A DNA stretch of 64,000 bases from an uncultured Chloroflexia bacterium (GCA_963695195.1 CAVOGE010000007.1:408494-472493); one strand, 5' to 3'; counted from the stretch's first letter, positions 26,109 through 35,359 are shown. The notes: generated from the sequence alone by a model not told the origin. Numbers and translations: made by a program.

Positions 26109-27266
26109 TCACGAGCCGAACTGCGGCGGGCTTGGCTCCCAGTCGTGATACGTGCCATCTGAGCCCCTCGAGTAGAACCGGATTCCATAGCGTCGGAGCT
26201 CGTTCGCGAGACGCGCTGAGAGGTCGTCGGCGACTCCAGCGACACGGCGACGAGCCGGATCGAAGATCGTCCAGCCGTCGGCCACCGGCGCGCCCACGGC
26301 CTCCATGATCGCCAAGACGCGGCGCCCACCCGGATCGGTTTCCACGGCGGCCTCCGCCGAAGACCCTGCCGCCAGGTAGACGGCACCGGATGTTGCGAGC
26401 GACACCAGCCCCTCACGACTCACCGGCACGGCATCGACGCCGAGGACCTGGGCGTACGCGGACAGGAACGACTCGAAGAACGTCGCTCGGGCCTCGTCAG
26501 AGATCGGCCGTGGATAGGCGTTCTCGCGGATGACCCGGGCCGGAGAACCGGCGGCCAGGGCGCCATCGGGGATATCGGAAGTGACCAGCGAGTTGACTCC
26601 GATGACGCAGTTGCGCCCGATGCGCACGCCCGGGTTGATGGTTGCCCCTGGCACCCAGCTGAAGTCGCCGATCTCGACACCGGCAAAGGCAGCCGGGAAG
26701 CCCTGGAGCCGCGAGGGGTAGGCGCCATGGGTGTAGATCGCGGTTCGCGTCCCCAGGCCGACCTCGTGCCCGATCACCACCGGACGTGCGGTGTTGATCA
26801 GGGCATGGGTACCGATGTGCAGGAAGTGGCCCGCGTCAAGGCGCGAGGCGTTTTCGAATGCGGATCCGCCGCCGATCTTGGCCTGCGGCAACATCCACAG
26901 CTCCTGGCCGATGTGCACCTGCCGGCCCGAGATCTCGCCGCCCTCGCCGACCGTGCCAGAGGCGCCGATTCGCAGCTCGTCGAGCACGCGCATGGTCGTG
27001 TACCGCATCACCCGGACATCGGTGCCGATGCTGATCCCGCCGCCCTCGATCCGTACCGACCGGCCGATCAGCGCTCGGTCCCCAATCGTCAGCCGGCTCG
27101 CACTGATCCTGACCCCGGGCATGGTCCGGAAGTCGTCGGCATCGGAGAATCCGATCCGCGCGCCGGAGCCGATCTCGATCTCGTCGGCCTCGATGACCAC
27201 GTCGTCCCCGAAAACCACATCGGCAGCGATGCTCACCCGGGTTGCACGAATGGTCGGCTCAGCCAT
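26109..27266 (-). CDS. left-handed beta-helix (hexapeptide-repeat) acyl/acetyltransferase-like protein with C-terminal extension
   Basis: Repeated [LIV]G...[LIV]G hexapeptide runs (IGSGARIG, IGDRALIGRSVRI, IGTDVRV, VGLGTRTAIY, RIGRNCVIGVNSLV). Confidence 0.65.
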   Translation of the reverse strand: MAEPTIRATRVSIAADVVFGDDVVIEADEIEIGSGARIGFSDADDFRTMPGVRISASRLTIGDRALIGRSVRIEGGGISIGTDVRVMRYTTMRVLDELRIGASGTVGEGGEISGRQVHIGQELWMLPQAKIGGGSAFENASRLDAGHFLHIGTHALINTARPVVIGHEVGLGTRTAIYTHGAYPSRLQGFPAAFAGVEIGDFSWVPGATINPGVRIGRNCVIGVNSLVTSDIPDGALAAGSPARVIRENAYPRPISDEARATFFESFLSAYAQVLGVDAVPVSREGLVSLATSGAVYLAAGSSAEAAVETDPGGRRVLAIMEAVGAPVADGWTIFDPARRRVAGVADDLSARLANELRRYGIRFYSRGSDGTYHDWEPSPPQFGS

Positions 27267-27286
27267 GGGTCTTCTCCGCGAGCTGG

Positions 27287-27931
27287 CTACATGACAACGG
27301 TCCGGATCACCTCGAAGGCTTCAGCCGCCGGCTGGTCGATCTGCAGGCCGCGAACGGCGGCGAGCGAGGCGATGAAGTCAGGCTGCAGGTACGGGCGAAA
27401 TGCCTGCGATCGATAGGCAGCCGCGTGACGGATCTTCACTTCCATGTGTCGCTCCTCGAGGCGGATGAAGCAGGCGTGCTGGAACGAGATGGTGTTCATC
27501 GGCAGTTCGTAACCGAGCATGGTGGCGTGCTTGAATGCCCGAAGCCCTTCGCGGGCCACGACTTCATGGTCCTGGTGCATGTCCGACATGGCCGGCACGA
27601 AGACGATCTGGGGGTCGATGCGCCGGCGCAGGGTCACGAGCTCCTCGAGGATCTCCTGCCGCCGGGACGGGAAGTGACGCACCTTGAAGTCGAAGAGGGT
27701 GAAGCGCTCCTCGGGGATGCCGAGCACGGCGATGGCATCGCGCACCTCGCGCTTCAGGACGTCGCGGTCCCAACCCTCCGGAACCGACTCCTCGCAGGGG
27801 CTGAAGCAGGCGTAATGGACCTCGGCGCCCGCCTCGACCAGACGGGCGATGGTGCCGGCACAGCCGAACTCGTCGTCGGTGTGGGCGCCGAGTACGAGCG
27901 CCCGGCCGGTGAGATCGATCAGCTGCGCCAC
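27287..27931 (-). CDS. PIG-L/LmbE family N-acetylglucosaminyl deacetylase
   Basis: ALVLGAHTDDEFGCAG and DMHQDHEVVAREG are the zinc-binding signatures of the PIG-L family. Confidence 0.85.
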   Translation of the reverse strand: MAQLIDLTGRALVLGAHTDDEFGCAGTIARLVEAGAEVHYACFSPCEESVPEGWDRDVLKREVRDAIAVLGIPEERFTLFDFKVRHFPSRRQEILEELVTLRRRIDPQIVFVPAMSDMHQDHEVVAREGLRAFKHATMLGYELPMNTISFQHACFIRLEERHMEVKIRHAAAYRSQAFRPYLQPDFIASLAAVRGLQIDQPAAEAFEVIRTVVM

Positions 27932-28003
27932 CTACAGGATGCGGATGCGTGGCCGATGATACCGGAGCCAACGACGCGGCCTGGTCTTCGCCCGTGCTTC
28001 GCC

Positions 28004-28303
28004 TCAGGTCAGGAGCGCGATCACCGTCGTGGCAGCAACGTAGACCAGCGCACCGCCGGCGGTGACAAGCATCCGCAGGCTCCATGACATGCGGGTGTCG
28101 GAGAGGAGCAGATACGACAGCGGACCGACCAGGGGCAGGAACATGACCGCGGCGCCCCACAGCAACCGGTCTCGCTCGGTCATCTCCTCGCGGCGCATCA
28201 GGTCCCACAGCGACAGGACCACCCACGTGGCGTACAGCACGACCGGGTAGGTGGACGTGTAGAAGCTGGACAGGGCGGTGACCGCCTGCTCAAGCAGCGC
28301 CAT
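28004..28303 (-). CDS. small membrane protein with PLD-nuclease N-terminal-like (PLDc_N) motif
   Basis: WVVLSLWDLMRREEMTERDRLLWGAAVMFLPLVGPLSYLLL resembles PF13396 (W..W.D...W....P..G...Y). Confidence 0.5.
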   Translation of the reverse strand: MALLEQAVTALSSFYTSTYPVVLYATWVVLSLWDLMRREEMTERDRLLWGAAVMFLPLVGPLSYLLLSDTRMSWSLRMLVTAGGALVYVAATTVIALLT

Positions 28304-28422
28304 GCCGGTCGTTCCCTCCTATTGCGTGCGAGCTGGCGGCCCGGGCCCGGACAGTAGCACGCCTCCGCGGCGCGTCTTCGGGTTGATCGGCGATCCCAGA
28401 CTGCCTAGAGTGGCAGCACACG

Positions 28423-29829
28423 ATGATCCGACGACACCTGATGACGCTGCGCCTCGCCCTGATGCTCGGCGACGGCGTCAGTGCGGCAGCGGTGTTCCTG
28501 ATCATCTCATTCCTCCGCTTCGGTGACGGGGCGTGGCTGGCGTTCTCCAGGCGCGGCATCGATCTCCGCCTTGCCGCCATCGTGTTCGGTATCGGCTGGG
28601 TGGTCACCCTGTGGTACCACGGGCTCTATCGATTGCGTGTCCGTCTGCAACTCCGGACCGAAGCGAAGGACATCGCGCGTTCGACGGTCATCTTCGCCGC
28701 GATCACGCTCGCTTCCCTCTTCGTGATCCACCGGGACGACGTCAGCCGGCTCTTCCTGCTCGCGATCTTCGTGGTCCAGCCGCTGGTCACCTTTGTTGAG
28801 CGCAGCCTCCTGCGCTTCGCATTCAGCAGCCTGCGTCGACGCGGCCACAACTTGCGCTACATGCTGGTGGTCGGCAGCGGACGGCTGGCGCAGGACTTCG
28901 CGGATCTGGTCGAGGCCCATCCCGGCCTGGGCATCCGCGTGATCGGCCATCTCGCGGTCCCTGGCGAGGGGAGCCCGGTGGTGACACGCCCTATCCTGGG
29001 CAACGTCGCGGAGATCGAGGATATCTTCCACGGCCGCGTGGTCGACGAGGTGGCCGCGTGTCTCGCGCCGGCGTCGGCCGGCCACCTGGAATCGATCGCC
29101 GCACTGGCCGCCGAGGAGGGCAAGACGGTTCGGATTCCGGTCGACCCGCACGCCGGCGCGATCCTGAACGCACGTGAGGAAGAGTTCGAGGGCATGCTCG
29201 TCCGGTCCCTCGTTCACGACGGACATCGCGAGGTGGGGCTCGTGATCAAGCGCGTGATCGACATCGTGGCAGCGGCTGCGGGGCTCATCGTGCTCAGCCC
29301 GCTGCTGCTCGTCACCGCCCTGGTGATTCGGCTGCGCGATGGCTCGCCAGTTCTCTTCCGGCAGACGCGCGTGGGGCTGCATGGACGGCCGTTTACCATC
29401 ATCAAGTTCCGCTCCATGGCTCCCGATGCCGAGCGGCGACTGCATGAGGTGGCGCACCTCAATGAGCGCCGCGGCGCGGCGTTCAAGGCCACCAATGATC
29501 CGCGCATCAGCCCGCTGGGCCGGATCCTGCGCAAGACGAGCCTCGACGAGCTGCCGCAGCTGTGGAACGTGCTCCGCGGGGAGATGAGCCTGGTCGGGCC
29601 GCGGCCGCCGCTCCCGTCCGAGGTGCTCGAGTACGACATCTGGCACCGCCGCCGACTGAGCATGAAGCCCGGCATCACCGGTCTCTGGCAGGTCGAATCG
29701 CGCCACGAGGCGAGCTTTGACCGCTGGGTCGAACTCGATCTCAGCTACATCGACCGGTGGACGCTCTGGCTCGACCTGAGCATCCTGCTCCGCACCATGC
29801 CGAGCGTGCTGATGGCCCGCGGGCGCTGA
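28423..29829 (+). CDS. undecaprenyl-phosphate hexose-1-phosphate transferase (WbaP/CpsE-type priming glycosyltransferase)
   Basis: N-terminal TM domain, central Rossmann-like domain, and the conserved C-terminal sugar-transferase domain (RPFTIIKFRSM...[21 protein letters not shown]...GITGLWQV). Confidence 0.9.
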   Translation: MIRRHLMTLRLALMLGDGVSAAAVFLIISFLRFGDGAWLAFSRRGIDLRLAAIVFGIGWVVTLWYHGLYRLRVRLQLRTEAKDIARSTVIFAAITLASLFVIHRDDVSRLFLLAIFVVQPLVTFVERSLLRFAFSSLRRRGHNLRYMLVVGSGRLAQDFADLVEAHPGLGIRVIGHLAVPGEGSPVVTRPILGNVAEIEDIFHGRVVDEVAACLAPASAGHLESIAALAAEEGKTVRIPVDPHAGAILNAREEEFEGMLVRSLVHDGHREVGLVIKRVIDIVAAAAGLIVLSPLLLVTALVIRLRDGSPVLFRQTRVGLHGRPFTIIKFRSMAPDAERRLHEVAHLNERRGAAFKATNDPRISPLGRILRKTSLDELPQLWNVLRGEMSLVGPRPPLPSEVLEYDIWHRRRLSMKPGITGLWQVESRHEASFDRWVELDLSYIDRWTLWLDLSILLRTMPSVLMARGR

Positions 29830-29923
29830 GGCGCCCTTGGTGTCGGGCTGGGAGTAGCACGCGATCAAGGCGCCCCGGGTCGCTTGCCTCCCTCTGTGTT
29901 CGTGGGACGCACGTTCGGGAGGA

Positions 29924-29947
29924 GTAAGCCACGCCAGCGTGGCTTAC
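29924..29947. terminator. perfect 10-bp-stem/4-nt-loop hairpin (GTAAGCCACG-ccag-CGTGGCTTAC) about 95 nt after the priming transferase gene
   Basis: Seen directly. Flanked by an inverted and a direct copy of the CCCACGAAC motif. Confidence 0.4.
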
Positions 29948-29948
29948 T

Positions 29949-30021
29949 GCGGCATCCCACGAACGCTGGCCTGCGTTTCTGGCTTCGTTACTGCAGAGCG
30001 TGCGCGCCACGAGCTTTGGCC
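29949..30021 (+). promoter_or_regulatory. 73-bp bipartite motif, copy A (box GCGGCATCCCACGAACGCTGGCC, 26-nt spacer, box GCGTGCGCGCCACGAGCTTTGGCC), 3' of the XRE gene
   Basis: Same-length unit with both boxes conserved relative to copy B at 30857..30929. The spacer has diverged. An inverted copy of the second box lies at 29898-29916. Confidence 0.5.
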
Positions 30022-30033
30022 CGGGTGGCCTCC

Positions 30034-30756
30034 TCAGCGCTGTCCGCGCGACCGCCCCACGCGCTGGCGCCCGGCTATCCATCGGGTCCGGCCGGCCGCG
30101 CCGGGCGGAATCCAGAGCAGCCATCGGTGATCACCCGCTGGCGCGCGCAGCCATCGTCGGATTGCGACCGCATCGATCTCGAAGCCGACGAAAAGTGAAG
30201 GGTGCTTTCCGACGCGCTCACGGTTGAGCGATGTGCCCGCGACGGCCAGCAGCGCCGAGATGGCCGCCGGATACCAGCCGCGGGCTCGGGCGATCGATCG
30301 CGCGAGGCGCAGGCGGACATTGAGCGAGCCGAGGAGCTGCTGCAGATCCACGAGATCGGACTTGACCTCGGCGACCACGAGGCTGCGCGTGGCCTGGTGG
30401 AATCCAAGGAGATCGATCCGGCCTCTGTCGCCCGACATGCTGAAGCTCGCCTCTGCCTCGACCAGCCAGCCGGCTCGCCGGAGGAACCCGGCCAGGTGTT
30501 CGACGATGGCCGCGTGCTCGTCGTCAAGGAGGTGCACCACCTCGCCCCCACGCCCGACCAGGCCGATGTCGGCGCGCAGACCGAGTGCGGCTGCGTGGCT
30601 GCGGATCGTGTGCAGGTGGAGCGAGGCGAGCTTGCCGGCCTCGATCCGCGAAATGGTCGATCGCGAGAGCTTCGCTTCGTCCGCCACGTCCTGCTGACGC
30701 AGGCCCTTCCGGATGCGGGCCATCCTTAGGACGCGGCCAGCGACATTGTCGTGCAT
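30034..30756 (-). CDS. XRE-family (Cro/C1-type HTH) transcriptional regulator with uncharacterised C-terminal domain
   Basis: N-terminus GRVLRMARIRKGLRQQDVADEAKLSRSTISRIEAGK is a textbook HTH_XRE. Start set at the internal Met (30756). The 5' half of ORF 30034..31335 is junk. Confidence 0.75.
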   Translation of the reverse strand: MHDNVAGRVLRMARIRKGLRQQDVADEAKLSRSTISRIEAGKLASLHLHTIRSHAAALGLRADIGLVGRGGEVVHLLDDEHAAIVEHLAGFLRRAGWLVEAEASFSMSGDRGRIDLLGFHQATRSLVVAEVKSDLVDLQQLLGSLNVRLRLARSIARARGWYPAAISALLAVAGTSLNRERVGKHPSLFVGFEIDAVAIRRWLRAPAGDHRWLLWIPPGAAGRTRWIAGRQRVGRSRGQR

Positions 30757-30856
30757 GCGGCGAGTCTGTGGGGCGGCCGTTATCGGCTCGTTACCCTCGG
30801 CTTGTGCCCGTGGTGCGCACGCTCCGCGTGGTGCCAGCCTGCGGATGCCCCGCAAT

Positions 30857-30929
30857 GCCGCATCCCACGAACGCTGACCGTGTAGGCGAGCGGGTCTGCC
30901 GGAGAACGTGCGCCCCACGAACGCTGGCC
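30857..30929 (+). promoter_or_regulatory. 73-bp bipartite motif, copy B, in the divergent XRE/ppa promoter region
   Basis: GCCGCATCCCACGAACGCTGACC, 26-nt spacer, ACGTGCGCCCCACGAACGCTGGCC. Ends 1 nt before the first candidate ppa ATG. Confidence 0.5.
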
Positions 30930-30930
30930 G

Positions 30931-31515
30931 ATGGCCAGCCCAACTCGCATACTGCTGGCCATGGCCGATGCGCATCCGATCCCCGTCCCGCGCGACCCGA
31001 TCGAAGTGACCGTCGAGATCCCCTCGGGCAGCCGCAACAAGTACGAGTACGACCACCGCAGGCATCGGTTCGTCCTCGACCGCGTTCTGTACAGCAGCGT
31101 TCACTACCCCTGCGACTACGGGTTTATCGAGGGCAGCCTGGCCGATGACGGCGACCCGCTCGACGTGCTGGTGATCATCAGTGAGCCGACCTTTCCCGGC
31201 TGCGTCGTGCGGGCGCGGCCGATCGGCGTCCTGGACATGAAGGACGACAAGGGCCACGACTACAAGATCCTGGCGGTGGCCAACGACGACCCGCGCTGGG
31301 AGGAGACCGACGCGCTGGAGGACCTGAGCCCGCACCGGCTACGCGAGATCGAGAACTTCTTCCGGACCTACAAGGAGCTCGAGGGCCGCCAGACCGATGT
31401 CTCCGGTTGGCTCGGGGTGGGCGACGCGTGGCGGATCATCAACTCGGCCCTGGAGTCAGGAGTGCGCGGCACCGATTCGGAGGGCGAGGCGGCCAGCCCG
31501 GGAATCTGGCGCTGA
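30931..31515 (+). CDS. ppa: inorganic pyrophosphatase (family I)
   Basis: EIPSGSRNKYEYD, DPLDVLVI and ILAVANDDP motifs. Start may instead be the Met at 30961. Confidence 0.9.
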   Translation: MASPTRILLAMADAHPIPVPRDPIEVTVEIPSGSRNKYEYDHRRHRFVLDRVLYSSVHYPCDYGFIEGSLADDGDPLDVLVIISEPTFPGCVVRARPIGVLDMKDDKGHDYKILAVANDDPRWEETDALEDLSPHRLREIENFFRTYKELEGRQTDVSGWLGVGDAWRIINSALESGVRGTDSEGEAASPGIWR

Positions 31516-31542
31516 GCGTGTGACCGGACGGCGGCCCCTATC

Positions 31543-32673
31543 ATGGCCGCCGTGCAGCCGCGACCGATCCGAATCGCCTACCTGGCGGACCCGAACAGCG
31601 TCCACACCCGACGCTGGATCGGTTTTTTCGCCGAGCGCGGGCACGAGGTGCATCTGCTGGTTGGGACCGATGACGACGTGCGCCCAGGATTGGGTGCGCG
31701 CGTGCGGCTGCACCGATACCGCCGATTCGGCGCGCGGAGGGTCCCCTTCCTGTCGTCGCTCCAGGGCCGACGCGCATTGCAGTCGCTGCTCGCCGCGATC
31801 CGGCCCGACGTGCTGCACGCCCATTACCTGTCGCGGTTTGGATGGCAGGCGCGCCTCTCCGGCTTCCACCCGTACGTGGTCACGCCCTGGGGGTCGGACC
31901 TGTTCGTCACGCTGCCGCGATCGCTGCGTGCCCGGCTGTGGGGGCGCGCGACGCTCCGGGCTGCTGACCTGGTGACCGTGGTCTCGAGGCAGATGCACCA
32001 GGCCGTCCTGACGGCGGGGGCGCGACCCGAGCGCGTGGAGCGTGTCCAGTTCGGGGTCGACACCCGACGATTCTCGCCGGCGCCGGAAGACGTCGCGCGC
32101 CCGGCGAGCGAAGCGATTCCCACGGGCCGGTTCATCTTCTCGCCGCGCACCATCCGGCCCCTGTACCGTCACGAGACGGTGATCGAGGCCCTCGCGGCGA
32201 TCCCCTCGGACGTGCTGGTCGTGATGACCGCTCGGGGGGCCGATCCTGCCTACCGTCAGCAGCTCGAGGCACAGGCGGCGAGCGCGGGCGTCGCCGAGCG
32301 GATCCTGGTCGAGGCGGAGATCGACGACGATCGGATGCTGGCGCTCTATCGCGCGTGTGTCGCGGTTGTCAGCGTGCCGGAGAGCGACGGACTCCCCGTG
32401 ACGCTGCTCGAAGCTATGGCCTGCGGGACCCCGGCGGTGGTCAGTGACCTCCCTGCAGTCCGCGAGATCCTGCAGGACGTGACTCCCCAGTTGATCGTCC
32501 CGGTCGGGGATGCGGCGGCGGTCGCGGCAGCGCTCGGTACAGTCCTCGAGATGAGCGCGGTCGAACGCCGGGCAGTGGGTGACACACTCCGCGGGCTGGT
32601 CGTCGACGAAGCCGACCAGGAGACCAACATGCTGCGCATGGAGCTACTCTACCGGGGACTGGCTGAGGAATGA
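31543..32673 (+). CDS. glycosyltransferase family 4
   Basis: GT-B protein with a PESDGLPVTLLEAMACGTPAVVSD (EX7E) C-terminal motif. Confidence 0.8.
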   Translation: MAAVQPRPIRIAYLADPNSVHTRRWIGFFAERGHEVHLLVGTDDDVRPGLGARVRLHRYRRFGARRVPFLSSLQGRRALQSLLAAIRPDVLHAHYLSRFGWQARLSGFHPYVVTPWGSDLFVTLPRSLRARLWGRATLRAADLVTVVSRQMHQAVLTAGARPERVERVQFGVDTRRFSPAPEDVARPASEAIPTGRFIFSPRTIRPLYRHETVIEALAAIPSDVLVVMTARGADPAYRQQLEAQAASAGVAERILVEAEIDDDRMLALYRACVAVVSVPESDGLPVTLLEAMACGTPAVVSDLPAVREILQDVTPQLIVPVGDAAAVAAALGTVLEMSAVERRAVGDTLRGLVVDEADQETNMLRMELLYRGLAEE

Positions 32674-34019
32674 CGAAGCAGGGCCAGTTCGGCAACCGCG
32701 TGGCCGGCGTCTTCGCCACGCGAATCACGCAGTTCGTGATCGGTTTCGCGACCTCGTTTCTCATGGCGCGCCTCCTCGGGCCGGAGGGCCGCGGGGCGTA
32801 CTACCTGGTGGTGCTGACCCCGGCGATGCTGTTCGCCCTGGGGCAGTTCGGCCTCCCATCAGCGGTGAACTTCTTCGCCGGCCGCGGTCGATCCGGACGC
32901 TCGCTGCATCGGATGTCGCTGCTGCTCGCCGGCGTCCTGGCGGCGGCGCTGCTCGCCATCACGCTCCCCGCTCTGCCCCTGCTGACCGAGTCGATCCTGC
33001 GTGCCGCGCCATCGGACCTCCTCCCGCTGGCGCTCATCTCGCTGCCCCTCCAGTTCGTGGCGGCGTTCGGCGGTGCGCTGCTGATCGGCCGCCAGACGAT
33101 GGCCCGCTACAACGTGATCCTCATCGGACAGTCGATCGGCACGCTGGTGAGCGTCGTGATCCTCGTCGGCGTGATGCGTTTGGGCGTAGCCGGCGCCGTG
33201 ATCGGCAACCTGGTGGTGGCCGGGGTCGGAGCGTTGGCGATCACGCTGGAGGCCCGTCGGGCGACCGCACGCGATCCCGAAGCGCGCCCGGTGCGTATCG
33301 GCGAGCTGGCGGGCTACGGCCTGCGGTTGTACCCAGCCTCGCTGAGCTCATTCTTCAGCTATCGAGCCGACATCTTCCTGCTCGGCGCTCTGCTCGGGGA
33401 CGCAGGCGCGATTGGCCTGTACAGCATCGCGGTCAGCCTCGCGGAGCTGACCTTCTTCGTCCCCGACTCGGTCAGCACCGTCTTCTTCCCGAGGGTCGCC
33501 GCGGCAGCGCGAGCCAGCGCCGACGAGATGACGCCGGTCGTCAGCCGCTTCACGGTGATGGTCACGGCGATCTCGGTGATCGGCCTCGTGCCAGCAGCCT
33601 TCGTGCTCGTCCTCGTCGTGCTGCCGGCCTTCGCGGGCAGCCTTCCGGCCTTCCTCGTCATCCTGCCGGGGATCCTGGCGCTGAGTGTTGCCAAGGTGCT
33701 CTCGAGCTACATCAGCGGCCTCGGCCTGCCGGCGCCGGTGGCCACCGCCTCGGTGATCTCGCTGGTCATCAATGTGGCCGCAAACCTGCTGCTCATTCCG
33801 ACGTGGGGCATCGTCGGCGCATCGGCTGCATCCCTGATCTCCTACACGGTCCAGGCCGTCATCCTGCTCGGCATGGCGACTCGCCTCACCCACCGCGGAC
33901 CGGCCGCCTTCCTGATCCCCGGACGCGAAGAGGTGCGACGCCTCCGCGACGGCATGACCGGACTCCTCGGCACCATGCGACGTCGGAACGCCGACGCGGA
34001 TTCGGGTGGAGACCGATGA
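32670..34019 (+). CDS. oligosaccharide flippase (Wzx/MOP superfamily), second copy
   Basis: 449 aa, polytopic, polysaccharide-biosynthesis-protein family. ATGA overlaps on both sides. Confidence 0.8.
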   Translation: MTKQGQFGNRVAGVFATRITQFVIGFATSFLMARLLGPEGRGAYYLVVLTPAMLFALGQFGLPSAVNFFAGRGRSGRSLHRMSLLLAGVLAAALLAITLPALPLLTESILRAAPSDLLPLALISLPLQFVAAFGGALLIGRQTMARYNVILIGQSIGTLVSVVILVGVMRLGVAGAVIGNLVVAGVGALAITLEARRATARDPEARPVRIGELAGYGLRLYPASLSSFFSYRADIFLLGALLGDAGAIGLYSIAVSLAELTFFVPDSVSTVFFPRVAAAARASADEMTPVVSRFTVMVTAISVIGLVPAAFVLVLVVLPAFAGSLPAFLVILPGILALSVAKVLSSYISGLGLPAPVATASVISLVINVAANLLLIPTWGIVGASAASLISYTVQAVILLGMATRLTHRGPAAFLIPGREEVRRLRDGMTGLLGTMRRRNADADSGGDR

Positions 34020-35359
34020 CGGAGCGCCGCCTCATGGTCGTCACGTACTTCTTCCCGCCGGTCGGCGGGATCGGAGTGCAGCGAACGCTCAAGCACATCA
34101 CCTACCTGCCCGATGCAGGATGGACCCCGGTCGTGATCGCACCCCTGGGAGCCGCCTACCGGGTGATGGACCCGGCGTCGGTGGGCGATCTGCCCGATGG
34201 ACTCGAAGTCCACCGCAGCCTCTGCTACGAACCCGCTCGCTTCCGGGCTCAGCTGCGAAAGGCCCTTTGTGCCGCACGGCGACGCCTGTCGCCGGGCACC
34301 GGGCGAGGTGTTGGGACGGCGGCGGTGGCGGGGGGAGGCCGCCCATCGGGCGGCCTGAACGGCGCCTGGGCCCGCGCAGTCCGCTTTCTCTTCTTTCCGG
34401 ACGACCAGGTGGCGTGGATCCCGTTCGCCGTCCGATCCGCGTTGCGGGCGCATCGCCGGAGCCCGGTGAAGGCGATCTACTCCTCATCGCCGCCCGTGAC
34501 CTCCCACCTCGTCGCGGGACTGGTGAAGCGTCGCATCGGAGTGCCGTGGATCGCCGATTTCCGCGACCCGTGGATCGGCAACTCGTTCGCCCAACCCCTC
34601 GGCTCCGGACATCGGCGGCTCCAGGCGCGCCTCGAACGCTGGATCGTACGCACCGCCGATCGGGTCGTCTTCGCGACGCCGGGCCTGCGGGATCGATACC
34701 GGTCGCGCTACCCGGCGGAAGCCAAACGCTTTGTGGTGATCCCGAACGGATATGACGCCGCGGAACTCGCCGACATCAAGCCGATTCCACGGTCGGACCC
34801 ACAGGTCCTTCGCCTGGTCTATACCGGGAGCGTATACGGGGAACGCGAGATGACCGTCTTCCTGGCGGGACTCGACGCCGCGCTGGCGCGGCGGCCCGAC
34901 CTGCGGGAGCGCCTGCGGGTCGAGTTCATCGGCTGGATGACCGATGCCAACCGGCGGGCCGCGGAGGACGCCGTACCGAGCCTCGCGCCGGTCCTGGAGC
35001 TGTCCGGGCAGGTCCCGCGCGCCGAGGCGCTGGCCCGGCTGCAGGGCGCCGATGCGGCACTCCTGCTGCTGGCCGACGGGGCGGACCGCGACCTGTTCGT
35101 GGGCGGAAAGCTGTTCGAGTACCTCGGCCTCGACCGGCAGGTGCTGGCCGTGGTGCCGCAGGGCGACGCGCGTCGACTGCTCGGCGAGCTGGACTGGGGG
35201 ATCGTCGCCGATCCCGAGCCGGACGCGATCGCCGCAGCCCTCGAGCGGCTCGTGGAGACCCCGCCTCCAGATCGGAAGGCGGATCCGGAGGGTCGCTACC
35301 AGCGACGCGCCCTGGCGGCGCAGCTCGGGACGCTTCTGGATGAGGTGGCGGTCCCCTAG
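34016..35359 (+). CDS. glycosyltransferase family 4
   Basis: MTERRLMVVTYFFPPVGGIGVQRT N-terminus is typical of GT4. Only this part of ORF 32579..35359 is a gene in this frame. Confidence 0.8.
   Translation: MTERRLMVVTYFFPPVGGIGVQRTLKHITYLPDAGWTPVVIAPLGAAYRVMDPASVGDLPDGLEVHRSLCYEPARFRAQLRKALCAARRRLSPGTGRGVGTAAVAGGGRPSGGLNGAWARAVRFLFFPDDQVAWIPFAVRSALRAHRRSPVKAIYSSSPPVTSHLVAGLVKRRIGVPWIADFRDPWIGNSFAQPLGSGHRRLQARLERWIVRTADRVVFATPGLRDRYRSRYPAEAKRFVVIPNGYDAAELADIKPIPRSDPQVLRLVYTGSVYGEREMTVFLAGLDAALARRPDLRERLRVEFIGWMTDANRRAAEDAVPSLAPVLELSGQVPRAEALARLQGADAALLLLADGADRDLFVGGKLFEYLGLDRQVLAVVPQGDARRLLGELDWGIVADPEPDAIAAALERLVETPPPDRKADPEGRYQRRALAAQLGTLLDEVAVP

Noticed and set aside
28004-28303. Small ORF as a possible toxin/holin-like element
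   Set aside because: The W..W.D...W....P..G...Y pattern matches the PLDc_N small membrane domain family. There is no partner gene or phage context.
32579-35359. 926-aa ORF suggesting one giant protein
   Set aside because: The first ~480 codons are junk read antisense or out of frame across GT4/flippase genes. Only the final 447 codons (from the ATG at 34016, ATGA-coupled to the flippase stop) form a GT4 protein.
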